This document shows, piece by piece, positions 12,260 to 21,073 of a stretch of DNA of 64,000 nt. Source of the stretch: an uncultured Solirubrobacteraceae bacterium (lineage in GTDB: Bacteria; Actinomycetota; Thermoleophilia; Solirubrobacterales; Solirubrobacteraceae). Location: NCBI GenBank assembly GCA_964588985.1, contig CAZPQW010000010.1:1-64000 (forward strand), read 5' to 3'. The notes under the pieces were generated by a model. That model saw only the letters and a list, made by a program, of their open reading frames with translations, ran no database searches and was not told the DNA's origin. How positions within the stretch are numbered: the first letter of the stretch is position 1; each line of letters starts with the position of its first letter. The position numbers and the translations under genes were made by a program.

Positions 12260-13861
12260 TTATGAGTTCGCCCAAGGGGGGTCGAGGTGGATGGGGTTAT
12301 CTGTGGTTGCTGCGGTTGCTGCGGTTGCTGCGGTTGCTGCGGTTGCTGCGGTTGCGTCGGGTTCGCCGGGGTCGGTTTCGCTCAAAACGGAACCTTGAAC
12401 GGAACCCTGGATCGGCGAGGGCTGATCCTCGTTTTCCGCGACTGGATGAGTCGCGCCGAAGTCGGCTATGTCGCCGTTGCTCGTGCCTGGCGGAACGATG
12501 TCTTTGGGCTGAAGGGGCAGGATGTCGGGTGGCGAGAGCGGAGGGCTTTCGGGAGGGTCGGGCTCGACGCGGATCTGCGGGGGGCGCGCCTGCCAGGCCT
12601 TGAGGTTCTGGACGAGATCTCGGTAGAAGGTCACCGCCTGCGCACGTGTCTCGCGAACGAATGAGCCCTCAGCGCGGCCTCGCTTTTGCCCCATCGGCCG
12701 GCTGAGCGTCAGCGTGAAGGATCGCGGATCGCGCTTGACGTCGGCGGGGAAGAGCAGGATGTCTGGCTGCGCGCGTACCTGTTCGAGCGTCGCGGCCACG
12801 CTGTCTCGGGCGTGGGGGTACCAGACCTCGATGCGCATGTCCGGCCATGCCTCGGCCAGCTGGCGCAGCAGCCAGTTGATCCTTGACTTGGGTCGTCCTT
12901 CGGTGGGCGCGTTGATGCTCACGCTGACGGAGGTCTGGCGCGCTTTGAGGTCGGCACGAACCTGCAAGTCGCCAATCGCATCTGGAACGCGAAGCGTCGC
13001 CTCGAGCGCGGCGATGGTGGCCAGCGCCTTCTCCACCTCGTCCAGTCGGCCACCGGTTGTCTGCTTCCGCGAACGGGGCGCGACGACGTTACGCCCCAGT
13101 TCCTGGGAGAAGCTCAGGCACAGGTACTCGACGAACTGCTCCCACCGTTCGGCCACTTGGCGGATGGTCGGGTCGCCTTGTCGGAGCGTTCCGTCGCGCG
13201 CTGCGCTGCGGACAGACACCCAATGCTCGTCCATGTCCTCAAAGCCGGACACCCCAGACGCTTCGCTGCTGAGGTAGTGGATCAGCTCGCGGAGCACCCA
13301 CGCTTGGTCTGGGTCTGACACGCCCCGATATCTGCTCTGCACGACCGCCTCGGTCAAGATCTGCCACCAAGAGAAGTGCCAGAGCTTGGTTCTGCGGAGC
13401 TTGCGGCCATCGACGCATACCGGCGACTCTGAAGCTCTGTGCGTGATCTGGTTCGAGATCGTCAGAACCCCGTCGAAGCCTTGATCGCGTGCGATGTCGA
13501 GATACCTGCCAACCTGCTCGTCCTTCAGGGTCGCAGAACCGGTCTTGACCTCGACCAAGCAGGTCCAGCGCTTGCCGCCCCGCTCGCAGACGATCGCCCC
13601 GTCGGGGATGTCTGTCTTACCGTCGGCGTTCTTGAAGCGAACCTCGGCGAAGGTGTCGATGCTTGGAGACTTCGGCGCACCCAGCTCTCCAAGAAGCGCG
13701 TGGCCGAACTCGGGCACGCCGTGCATCACCGCCAGCAAACAAGAGGTCGCGCGCTTCTCCTGCTCCTCTTGACTGCGTATGCCGTAGGTCGGGATCAGAC
13801 GAGCGTGTAGCCAACTATCGAGGCCTGAGACGGCTTGGCCTCCTCCAGCGGCGGTTGCCAT
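12260..13861 (-). CDS. Putative PD-(D/E)xK nuclease-domain protein with low-complexity tail
   Basis: IPDGAI...LVEVKT...EQVGRY pattern; tail contains (ATA)n repeat. Confidence 0.65.
   Translation of the reverse strand: MATAAGGGQAVSGLDSWLHARLIPTYGIRSQEEQEKRATSCLLAVMHGVPEFGHALLGELGAPKSPSIDTFAEVRFKNADGKTDIPDGAIVCERGGKRWTCLVEVKTGSATLKDEQVGRYLDIARDQGFDGVLTISNQITHRASESPVCVDGRKLRRTKLWHFSWWQILTEAVVQSRYRGVSDPDQAWVLRELIHYLSSEASGVSGFEDMDEHWVSVRSAARDGTLRQGDPTIRQVAERWEQFVEYLCLSFSQELGRNVVAPRSRKQTTGGRLDEVEKALATIAALEATLRVPDAIGDLQVRADLKARQTSVSVSINAPTEGRPKSRINWLLRQLAEAWPDMRIEVWYPHARDSVAATLEQVRAQPDILLFPADVKRDPRSFTLTLSRPMGQKRGRAEGSFVRETRAQAVTFYRDLVQNLKAWQARPPQIRVEPDPPESPPLSPPDILPLQPKDIVPPGTSNGDIADFGATHPVAENEDQPSPIQGSVQGSVLSETDPGEPDATAATAATAATAATAATTDNPIHLDPPWANS
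12305..12355. repeat. 9-bp tandem repeat (GGTTGCTGC)x5.7
   Basis: Read directly; in frame, encodes ATA repeats. Confidence 0.95.
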
Positions 13862-13945
13862 AGAGGGAACTTACCGTGAATCCCGGCTAGACGAATTGCG
13901 CCCATGTGTCCGCCGACGCTGCGTCGGCGAACCATTCGGCGGCGC

Positions 13946-15088
13946 TTATGTTTTGACCTCGCTCTCCTCTGGGCGGCCAGTGAGTTCGTGGGCCCTGCGC
14001 GCCGTGTACTCGGCAACCTGCTGCTCCACTCGGCGCAGCCCCTCCATCTCTTGTTCAAGGCCCTCCGTGATCTGTGCGTCTTCGCCAGCCATCTGAACTC
14101 CATGCTCGCCGACGGTGTAGCGAGTCACGGCGATCGGTGTGGCGATCCCCTGCAGGGTTAGTTGGGCCACCGCCTCGTTGCGGTCGGCACAGAGAATGAA
14201 GCCGACTGTGGCGCGATCCTCGTCGTGAGCGACAAGCTCGTTGACGGCGTTGACGTACAGGTTCATCTTGCCGGCGAACTCGGCTTGGAAGCTGCCGACC
14301 TTGAGGTCAATGACGACGAAGCGGCGGGTGGGGTGGTGGTAGAAGAGGAGATCGAGGATGAACTCCTCCCCGCCGACCTCCAGCGACTTCTGGCGCCCAG
14401 CGAAGTAGAAACCCTCACCGAGAGCCAGCATGAAGCGTTCGATGTCGGTCAGCAGCGCCGCTTCCAGGTCGCGCTCCTTGGCGCCGTCAGCCAGCCTCAC
14501 GAAGTCCAGCACCACGGGATCTCGTGCTATGCGCTGCACAGCTGCAGCATCGCCAGCATCCAGCGTCCGCTCAAAGTTGGTGATCGCCGCACCCTCGCGC
14601 TCATGCAGGCCAGTGGCGATATGAGCTTGTAGCTGCGCTCGGGTCCAAGCACCAGCACGCTGGGCGTACCAATCCCTGATGTCGCGGTCATCGAGCCTCT
14701 GCACCAGCTCGACAATGTGCCCCCACGGAAGGTCTTGCACACCGTGTGCGAGATCTGACTCGTCTGGCCAGGCGAGGGCAAAAGACCTCATGCGTGCGAG
14801 GTTTGCCGGCGAGAACCCGGTGACTCCAGGGAAAGCTGTACGGAGATCTGCCGATAGCTGCTGTACCACCCCGAGCGTTCGCCGTCCCCGCTCAGAGCCA
14901 GCCTCTGCCTGACGCCGCTCAATCTCCTTGCCGATCTGCCAGTACACCCCGATCAGCTCAGCGCTGATTGCTCTTGCAGCTCGCGCCTGAGCGCCGCGGA
15001 TGCGACCCTTGATGTCCTCAAGGAATTCCTCGTAGCTGCGGCCGAGCTCGGGGCTCTCGAAGGCTGGATGAGTCGGTAGATCAGACAT
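13946..15088 (-). CDS. YhcG/DUF1016 PDDEXK nuclease domain protein
   Basis: YWQIG, GFSPANL..MR.F, LPWGH, DLLFYH, IDLK, GKMNLYVN. Confidence 0.92.
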   Translation of the reverse strand: MSDLPTHPAFESPELGRSYEEFLEDIKGRIRGAQARAARAISAELIGVYWQIGKEIERRQAEAGSERGRRTLGVVQQLSADLRTAFPGVTGFSPANLARMRSFALAWPDESDLAHGVQDLPWGHIVELVQRLDDRDIRDWYAQRAGAWTRAQLQAHIATGLHEREGAAITNFERTLDAGDAAAVQRIARDPVVLDFVRLADGAKERDLEAALLTDIERFMLALGEGFYFAGRQKSLEVGGEEFILDLLFYHHPTRRFVVIDLKVGSFQAEFAGKMNLYVNAVNELVAHDEDRATVGFILCADRNEAVAQLTLQGIATPIAVTRYTVGEHGVQMAGEDAQITEGLEQEMEGLRRVEQQVAEYTARRAHELTGRPEESEVKT

Positions 15089-15200
15089 CTGCGGACCGAG
15101 CCTATCGATCACATGAGTCGTTTCTCGGAAGGTCTCTACACCGTGTGAGAGACCTACCGCCGAGCCTCGCAGGCCGACCTCGGAAGCATCGCGACGACGA

Positions 15201-15368
15201 TCATTCGGGAAGCGGCCGCCGCAGATCGAAGAGCCCCGACAGCGCCTCCTCGTTCATCCCCGTCTCTTGGAGCACCTGCTCAACCGCCTCGCCCAACTTG
15301 ACGACGGCCCGCTGCACCTCGTCCTCGTTGCGCTCGAGCGGGATGTAGAAGCCGATGACCTGGCCGGG
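15201..15368 (-). pseudogene. 5'-truncated Phd/YefM-like antitoxin remnant, followed by an aborted PIN-like start
   Basis: Start-less frame GQVIGFYIPLERNEDEVQRAVVKLGEAVEQVLQETGMNEEALSGLFDLRRPLPE*; ATGA overlap into MIVV..., with DAS out of frame. Confidence 0.5.
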
Positions 15369-15369
15369 A

Positions 15370-16044
15370 CTACGCACCCGCCACGCTCTTGGCGTACGCC
15401 GTCCGTTCGGCTGTGAGCTGGCAGACGCGGCCGGGTAGCGATGCCATGACGTGCTGCAGAGCCGGTTCCCGCGCGCCGGACAGGCCCGGGCAGTAGATCG
15501 GCGCGGGCAGCGGGCCGGAGGCGGCGCCGGGGGCGTTCATGGGGCGCAGTTCGTGGGCTGCGCGCAGCGCGTGGGCGAACGTGTCTGAGAACACGTCGAC
15601 GGCGACCCGGCCGGTGTAGAGCTCGATCGAGCGGCCTTCGTCGTAGATCGTCGCGGGCACGCCGCGCAGGAGCGTGTTGCGCTGCGGGCCGAGCGACGCG
15701 TTCGAGTGCAGGCGGTAGAGCACCGTGGTGAGCTGCAGCGGCAGCAGGCAACTGCCGCTGCCGAAGATGCCCTTGTTCTGCACGCAGTCGCCGTAGTACA
15801 CGCTGTCGCCGAGCCTCGAGATGTAGCCGTTGAGGCCGTCCGCGGAGGCGAGCGGGCTGCCGTCGAAGCGCGGCCCCACCCAGTAGGTGCGGAAGTACGG
15901 GAACGTCTGCGCTTCGGCGAGTTCGGCAGCGGAGATCGGCGCGGGATGGCTCGTGCCGCAGCCGCCCACCGCGACCGCCGCGCACGCACAGAGGACCGCG
16001 AGCGCGACGCGGGCGAGCGTGCTGGTGTGCGTTGGCGCGGCCAT
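15370..16044 (-). CDS. Putative lipoprotein
   Basis: Signal peptide ending in VGGC lipobox-like site. Confidence 0.7.
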   Translation of the reverse strand: MAAPTHTSTLARVALAVLCACAAVAVGGCGTSHPAPISAAELAEAQTFPYFRTYWVGPRFDGSPLASADGLNGYISRLGDSVYYGDCVQNKGIFGSGSCLLPLQLTTVLYRLHSNASLGPQRNTLLRGVPATIYDEGRSIELYTGRVAVDVFSDTFAHALRAAHELRPMNAPGAASGPLPAPIYCPGLSGAREPALQHVMASLPGRVCQLTAERTAYAKSVAGA

Positions 16045-16068
16045 GGCCGTCAGTATCTTGGCGTGCGG

Positions 16069-17697
16069 ATGACCCCGGCGCATGCTCCCACCGGCTCGCC
16101 GCGTTCCGCGCCGGTGGCTATCGCGGCGCTCGCCGCGGTGCTTGTGGGCGCGTGGCTGCTCGTCGACCCCCATACCCCCGATCTGGCGGCGCAGGTGTAT
16201 CGCATGGACCTGTACCGCCAGCTGGGGTTCGTGGTGTGGGACGAGCACTGGTACGCCGGCCACCACATGCCCGGCTACAGCCTGCTGTTCCCGCCGCTCG
16301 GCGCGCTGCTCGGGGTGCGGCTGCTGGGAGCGCTGTGCGTGCTCGCGTCGAGCATGCTGTTCGAGCGACTCGCGCGCTCGCTCTACGGCGACGTGGCGCG
16401 GTGGGGCGCGGCGTGGTTCGCGGTCGCGGCGCTCGGCGACGTGTGGTCCGGTCGCGTCACGTTCGCGCTTGGAGTGACGCTCGCGGTGGGCGCGGCGCTC
16501 GCGTGGCGGCGCGGGCACCCGGTGTGGGCGGGCGCGCTCGGCGCGCTGTGCGCCTGCGGAAGCCCGATGGCGGGCGCGTTCCTCGGGCTCGCGGGGCTCA
16601 CGGTTGCGCTCGCCGACCGCTCGCCGCGCGCGCTGCTCGCCCTGATGCTCCCCGCGGCGGTCGTGGTGCTGGGCCTGGAGACGCTGTTCCCCGAAGGCGG
16701 CTACGAGCCCTTCCCCGCGACGTCGTTCGCGGTGACCGCGCTCGTGACGATGGGGTTCGTAGCGGGGCTGCCGCGCGAGGCGAGAACGCTGCGCATCGGC
16801 GGGCTGCTGTACCTACTCGTGTGCGTCGCGTGCGTGCTCGTGCACACGCCCGTCGGCAGCAACGTCGAGCGCTACGGCGTGCTGCTTGCGGGGCCGCTGC
16901 TGCTGTGCGCGCGGATGGCCCAGCGTGCCGAGCGCGACGGCGCGGCGGGGACTCGGGTCGGCCTGGCGGGACCCGCGGTGGCGGCGCTCGCGTTGTGCGT
17001 GACGGCCGTGTGGGTCGTGTGGGGCCCCGTGCGCGAGACGCTCGCGGTGGCCGGGAGCGAAGCGACGAGCGCTTCCTACTACGCCCCCGTGAAGCGCTTC
17101 CTCGCCGGCGTGCAGGCGCAGGGGGGACCTGTACGAGTGGAGGTGCCGATGACGCGCTCGCACTGGGAGGCTGCGCTGCTCGCCGACGACGTGTCGCTCG
17201 CCCGCGGCTGGGAGAAGCAGCTCGACACGCGTTACGACGACGTGCTGCTCACACCCGGGCTCACCGCTGCTTCATACGACCGCTGGTTGCACGAGGAGGC
17301 GGTTGCGTACGTCGCGCTTCCGGACGCGAGGGTCGACCCGCCCAACGCCCGGGAGGGACGCCTGATCCTCGGCGGGCTTCCGTACCTGCGCCTGGTGTTC
17401 ACGAGCACGCACTGGCGCATCTACGAGGTGCTCGCGCCCACACCGCTGCTCAGTGGGCCCGGAACGCTGGTCTCGCTCGGCCATGACTCGTTCTCACTGC
17501 GCGCGAACGGAGCCGGCAGCTTCCTCGTGCGCGTGCGCTTCAGCCGCTACCTGACGCTCACGCACGGCAGCGGCTGCGTGCGAGAGGCGCCGGGCGGATG
17601 GACGGATGTGAGCCTCGACGCGGCGGGCGCCGCCACGGTCGCAGCGCGCTTCTCGCTCGCAAGGGCGCTCGGCACGGGCGCTTCGTGCACGCGCTGA
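16069..17697 (+). CDS. Multi-pass membrane protein (possible GT-C type glycosyltransferase)
   Basis: DLAAQ...W...WYAGHH.PGYS N-terminal motif and many TMs. Confidence 0.65.
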   Translation: MTPAHAPTGSPRSAPVAIAALAAVLVGAWLLVDPHTPDLAAQVYRMDLYRQLGFVVWDEHWYAGHHMPGYSLLFPPLGALLGVRLLGALCVLASSMLFERLARSLYGDVARWGAAWFAVAALGDVWSGRVTFALGVTLAVGAALAWRRGHPVWAGALGALCACGSPMAGAFLGLAGLTVALADRSPRALLALMLPAAVVVLGLETLFPEGGYEPFPATSFAVTALVTMGFVAGLPREARTLRIGGLLYLLVCVACVLVHTPVGSNVERYGVLLAGPLLLCARMAQRAERDGAAGTRVGLAGPAVAALALCVTAVWVVWGPVRETLAVAGSEATSASYYAPVKRFLAGVQAQGGPVRVEVPMTRSHWEAALLADDVSLARGWEKQLDTRYDDVLLTPGLTAASYDRWLHEEAVAYVALPDARVDPPNAREGRLILGGLPYLRLVFTSTHWRIYEVLAPTPLLSGPGTLVSLGHDSFSLRANGAGSFLVRVRFSRYLTLTHGSGCVREAPGGWTDVSLDAAGAATVAARFSLARALGTGASCTR

Positions 17698-17712
17698 GCA
17701 GGCCGGCGACCG

Positions 17713-19080
17713 TCAGCCTTTCTTTCGCCGCGACGCGGATCTCTTGTGAGAAGAGCTTTTGCGTGCGGGTTTGATGGAGGCTTCGAGCGGCGCGAGAGCG
17801 TAGAGCCCGGTCGTCCCGGTGAGGTAGATGTCGGTGCCGTCGCTGATCACGGGGTCGAACGAGCCGGTGTCCTTTTCGAACAGCACGCGGCCGGTGGAGA
17901 TGCCGAGGCCGTAGGTGTGGTGGCGGCCGAGCACAGCGAAGTAGACGGTCTTGCCGACGATCGTGGGCGAGCCGGAGATGCGCCCGCGGCCGTTGAAGTG
18001 CCAGCTGACGTGCCCCGAGCGCGCGTCGATCGCGTAGAAGTCGCCGCTGTAGGAGCCCACGTACACGGTCGGGCCGAGGCCGGGGGCGTTGGTGACGGCG
18101 GGGGAGGAGTAAACGTAGGCGCCGGTCTGCACCGCCCAGTCGAGCTTCCCACTGAACGCGTCGTACGCATACACCCGCCCGTCGGTGTTGCCGAGGAACA
18201 CGCGCCCGTAGATCACCGCGGGGGTCGAGTAGAACGTGCCGCTGCCGAGCAGCGCGCCTTCGGAGCTGCTGCGCCACAGCCGCCTGCCGGTCTTCTCGGA
18301 GATCGCCTGCACGTGGCCGGAGTAGTCGCCGAAGTACAGGACGCCGCCGGAGAGCGTCGGGCTCGCCTTGACCGCGCCCGCCGCCTTGTACGTCCAGATG
18401 ACGCGGCCGTCGTGCGCGTTCAGCGCATACACCAGCCCGCTCTGGGAGCCGAAGAACACGCGCCCTTCGTCGACCATCGGCGAGGACTCGCTCGGGCTCG
18501 GCAGCGGACGCAGCCAGCGGACCGCGCCGGTCGTCGAGTTGAGCGCCACGATCCGGCCGGGGCTCCGAGGATGGCCGCTCGAGAGCACCGTCGCATACAG
18601 CGTGTTCGCGGTCACCGCGGGGGTCGACGCGGACAGTTTGCCGAGTGGTTTGGTCCAGTACACGTGGCCGTTGCGCTTGTCGATCGCGCTCAGCACCGCG
18701 TCGTCGGCGAGCTGGTAGATGCGGTCGCCGTGGATCACCGGCGGGAACTCCAGCAGCGAGTGCTGGTTGACCACCCACAGCCCCCTGAACGGCGCGTGCA
18801 CGCGCGCGGGGGCGGGGAAGAAGCGCGTGTGGTTCTTCGTGTAGCCGTACAGCGGCCACGCGAACCGTTCCGGGCCTTTCGTCGGCAGCGCCGTCGGGGT
18901 CGGCTGCGGGATGAAGCGCGCGTGCGGGTGGTAGATGTTGCCGGTGCGGTGGCGTTTGTACTCATAACCCGCGAACGCGACCGCCGCGACGAGCACCGTC
19001 AGGGCGATCAGCGCGGCGCGGATGCGCCTGAAGCGCAGCGAGTGGCGCGGCGTGGGGCGCCGTGGGGGAGTGTCGCTCAT
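17713..19080 (-). CDS. PQQ-like beta-propeller repeat protein (BamB-like)
   Basis: Repeated SSP/..YA.DA..G...W blades after an N-terminal TM. Confidence 0.88.
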   Translation of the reverse strand: MSDTPPRRPTPRHSLRFRRIRAALIALTVLVAAVAFAGYEYKRHRTGNIYHPHARFIPQPTPTALPTKGPERFAWPLYGYTKNHTRFFPAPARVHAPFRGLWVVNQHSLLEFPPVIHGDRIYQLADDAVLSAIDKRNGHVYWTKPLGKLSASTPAVTANTLYATVLSSGHPRSPGRIVALNSTTGAVRWLRPLPSPSESSPMVDEGRVFFGSQSGLVYALNAHDGRVIWTYKAAGAVKASPTLSGGVLYFGDYSGHVQAISEKTGRRLWRSSSEGALLGSGTFYSTPAVIYGRVFLGNTDGRVYAYDAFSGKLDWAVQTGAYVYSSPAVTNAPGLGPTVYVGSYSGDFYAIDARSGHVSWHFNGRGRISGSPTIVGKTVYFAVLGRHHTYGLGISTGRVLFEKDTGSFDPVISDGTDIYLTGTTGLYALAPLEASIKPARKSSSHKRSASRRKKG

Positions 19081-19099
19081 GCGCCTCCGCCGAGGCGGG

Positions 19100-19435
19100 T
19101 CAAGCGGCGAGCTTGCGGGAGTCCGCGCCGCGCGCCTGCGCGGTCGCCACCTGTGCGCTCTCGACCGAGGCCGTCGCCGCCTGCCTGCCGCGCCGGCGGC
19201 GGTTGCGCGCATGTGCGCCACCCGCACGCGCTCGCGCGGAGGGGCGACGGATCCTCGCGGCGATCAGGTCCGCGACGCTCAACACGAGCAGCCAGGCGCA
19301 CGCGACGACGAGCGGCGGCAGCGTGAGGCCGGAGACGAGCGCGAGCACGTCGTGGCTGCCGTTCAACGACCAGTTCCAAAGCAGGTAGTCGCCGATGGCG
19401 AGCCCGAGGACAGGTACCAATGGCCTGCGCGACAC
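19100..19435 (-). CDS. Small membrane protein
   Basis: Two hydrophobic segments, fits the gap between neighbours. Confidence 0.55.
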   Translation of the reverse strand: MSRRPLVPVLGLAIGDYLLWNWSLNGSHDVLALVSGLTLPPLVVACAWLLVLSVADLIAARIRRPSARARAGGAHARNRRRRGRQAATASVESAQVATAQARGADSRKLAA

Positions 19436-19515
19436 GGGCGAACCCTAACCGGGAACGGAGACGGACCGCCCGCTGGGCGCTCCCACGGGCCGGCGGACGC
19501 CTATGATCGCTGCCG

Positions 19516-20367
19516 ATGAGCGCCGTCGTCGAGCAATCCGAGATCTTCGCGCCGGGGGTGCTGGAGGGCCAGGTGGCGCTCGTGACGGGCGGCGGAACGG
19601 GGCTCGGCAGGGAGACGGCGCGCGAGTTGGCGCGCTGCGGCGCGCGCGTGACGATCTCCGGACGGCGCGAGGAGGTGCTCGAGCAGGCCGCGGCGGAGCT
19701 GTGCGAGGCGGGCGGGGACGTGGACTGGGTCGTGGGGGATGTGCGCGAGCCCGAGGACGCTCGGCGGCTCGTGGGCGAGGTGCTGGAGCGGCGCGGGCGG
19801 CTCGACCTGCTCGTGAACAACGCGGGCGGGCAGTTCTTCAGCCCCGCCGAGCTGATCGCGGCGAAGGGCTGGAAGGCGGTTTGGCGGCTGAACGTCGAAG
19901 GGATGCTCAACATGTCCGAGGCCACGTTCGAGCTCGCGTTCGAGCCCGCGGGGGCGGGGGGCAGGATCGTGAACGTGACGCTGTCCCCGCACCACGGCAT
20001 GCCCGGCATGGCGCACTCGGGGTCGGCGCGCGCGACCGTCGAGGCGCTCACGCGCGAGCTGGCGCGACGGTGGGAGACGTCCGGGGTGGCGGTGACGGCC
20101 GTTGCGGCGGGACACTTCGAAACGGAGGTGCTCGCGAAGTACCCCGCGAGCGTGCGCGCGGGCATGTCCCGCACCGTACCGCTGCAGCGTCTCGGCTCCG
20201 TCGCCGAGCACGCCTGGCTCGTCGCCATGCTCGCCTCGCCGCTCGGCCGTGCGTTCAACGGCTCGACGGTCACGCTCGACGGCGCGCGCGACAACTGGTG
20301 CGGCCCGTGGCCCCCCGAAGGGCTAGCCGACGAGTCCGGCGAGGTGCCGGTGGAGGAGCGGCGGTAA
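19516..20367 (+). CDS. SDR oxidoreductase (2,4-dienoyl-CoA reductase-like)
   Basis: TGGGTGLG, NNAGGQF, AHSGSARA. Confidence 0.9.
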   Translation: MSAVVEQSEIFAPGVLEGQVALVTGGGTGLGRETARELARCGARVTISGRREEVLEQAAAELCEAGGDVDWVVGDVREPEDARRLVGEVLERRGRLDLLVNNAGGQFFSPAELIAAKGWKAVWRLNVEGMLNMSEATFELAFEPAGAGGRIVNVTLSPHHGMPGMAHSGSARATVEALTRELARRWETSGVAVTAVAAGHFETEVLAKYPASVRAGMSRTVPLQRLGSVAEHAWLVAMLASPLGRAFNGSTVTLDGARDNWCGPWPPEGLADESGEVPVEERR

Positions 20368-20399
20368 CATGGCCAAGTCCGAAGGCCAAATCAGGGCGT

Positions 20400-20470
20400 G
20401 CGGGCGAGGTGTTGTGGTTGCACAGGAGCCTTCCAAGCTTCTAGGGCGGGTTCGATTCCCGTCGCCCGCT
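20400..20470 (+). tRNA. tRNA-Gly(TCC), CCA not encoded
   Basis: GCGGGCG/CGCCCGC acceptor stem, GGAGC-CTTCCAA-GCTTC anticodon arm, GGTTCGATTCC T-arm; atypical A8,U14,U21. Confidence 0.9.
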
Positions 20471-20482
20471 TTTGTCTTGCCA

Positions 20483-20556
20483 CGGGGAGTGGCGCAGTCT
20501 GGTAGCGCACCCGGCTGGGGGCCGGGCGGTCGCAGGTTCAAATCCTGTCTCCCCGA
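20483..20556 (+). tRNA. tRNA-Pro(GGG), CCA not encoded
   Basis: CGGGGAG/CTCCCCG acceptor stem, CCCGG-CTGGGGG-CCGGG anticodon arm, GGTTCAAATCC T-arm. Confidence 0.96.
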
Positions 20557-20709
20557 TGAAAAGTCGCAGGATCAGAACCTTGCACCTCGTCGCGAATGGT
20601 GGCGAAAGCCGCAAAAACGCTGGGATTCTTGGTCGAGCTTTCTCGTCTGTTCCCGGCTGTTCCCGGCACGCGGGACCGCAAAAGGACCGCAGGGAGCACG
20701 TTGCGGTCC
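20544..20709 (+). repeat. att core 1 (CCTGTCTCCCCGAT) plus left arm with GGACCGCA boxes
   Basis: Core 20544-57; boxes 20673, 20684, inverted at 20702; ~150 bp similar to 24126-24275. Confidence 0.85.
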
Positions 20710-20922
20710 CTCTGGCCAGGGGCGCACGGGTCCGAAGCCCGCCAGTCGCGCTGATTGGAGGCGGGATGATGGCCCCAACTGGACGAGGTCACGCGGACGC
20801 CCGGCAGCCCAATTCATCGTCCTCAGGTGCGAGCCCGCTCGCGCTGATGCGTTCGCAAGAGCAACCCCCGCCCGCGCCGCGTTGGCTGGCTCATCTCGGT
20901 CCTCGTCCCGAACACGGATATG

Positions 20923-20928
20923 TAGAAT
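20923..20928 (+). promoter_or_regulatory. Putative -10 box for the retron transcript
   Basis: TAGAAT ending 7 nt before the first retron inverted repeat. Confidence 0.6.
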
Positions 20929-20935
20929 TGTCGCA

Positions 20936-21073
20936 GGCTGCAACGCTGGCGTCTGTGTTTCCCTGGCGATTCGCTTGGGCTATCGAACCTCTCGCTTTTA
21001 CCCGCCGCCCGCGCCCGGAGTATCTCAATCGCTGGCAGTAGGAGAAGAAGGTAGATTCGCCAGCGTTGCAGCC
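20936..21073 (+). ncRNA. Retron msr-msd ncRNA
   Basis: Perfect 16-bp inverted repeats GGCTGCAACGCTGGCG (20936-51) / CGCCAGCGTTGCAGCC (21058-73) enclosing a short hairpin and a long imperfect hairpin, directly upstream of the RT. Confidence 0.85.
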
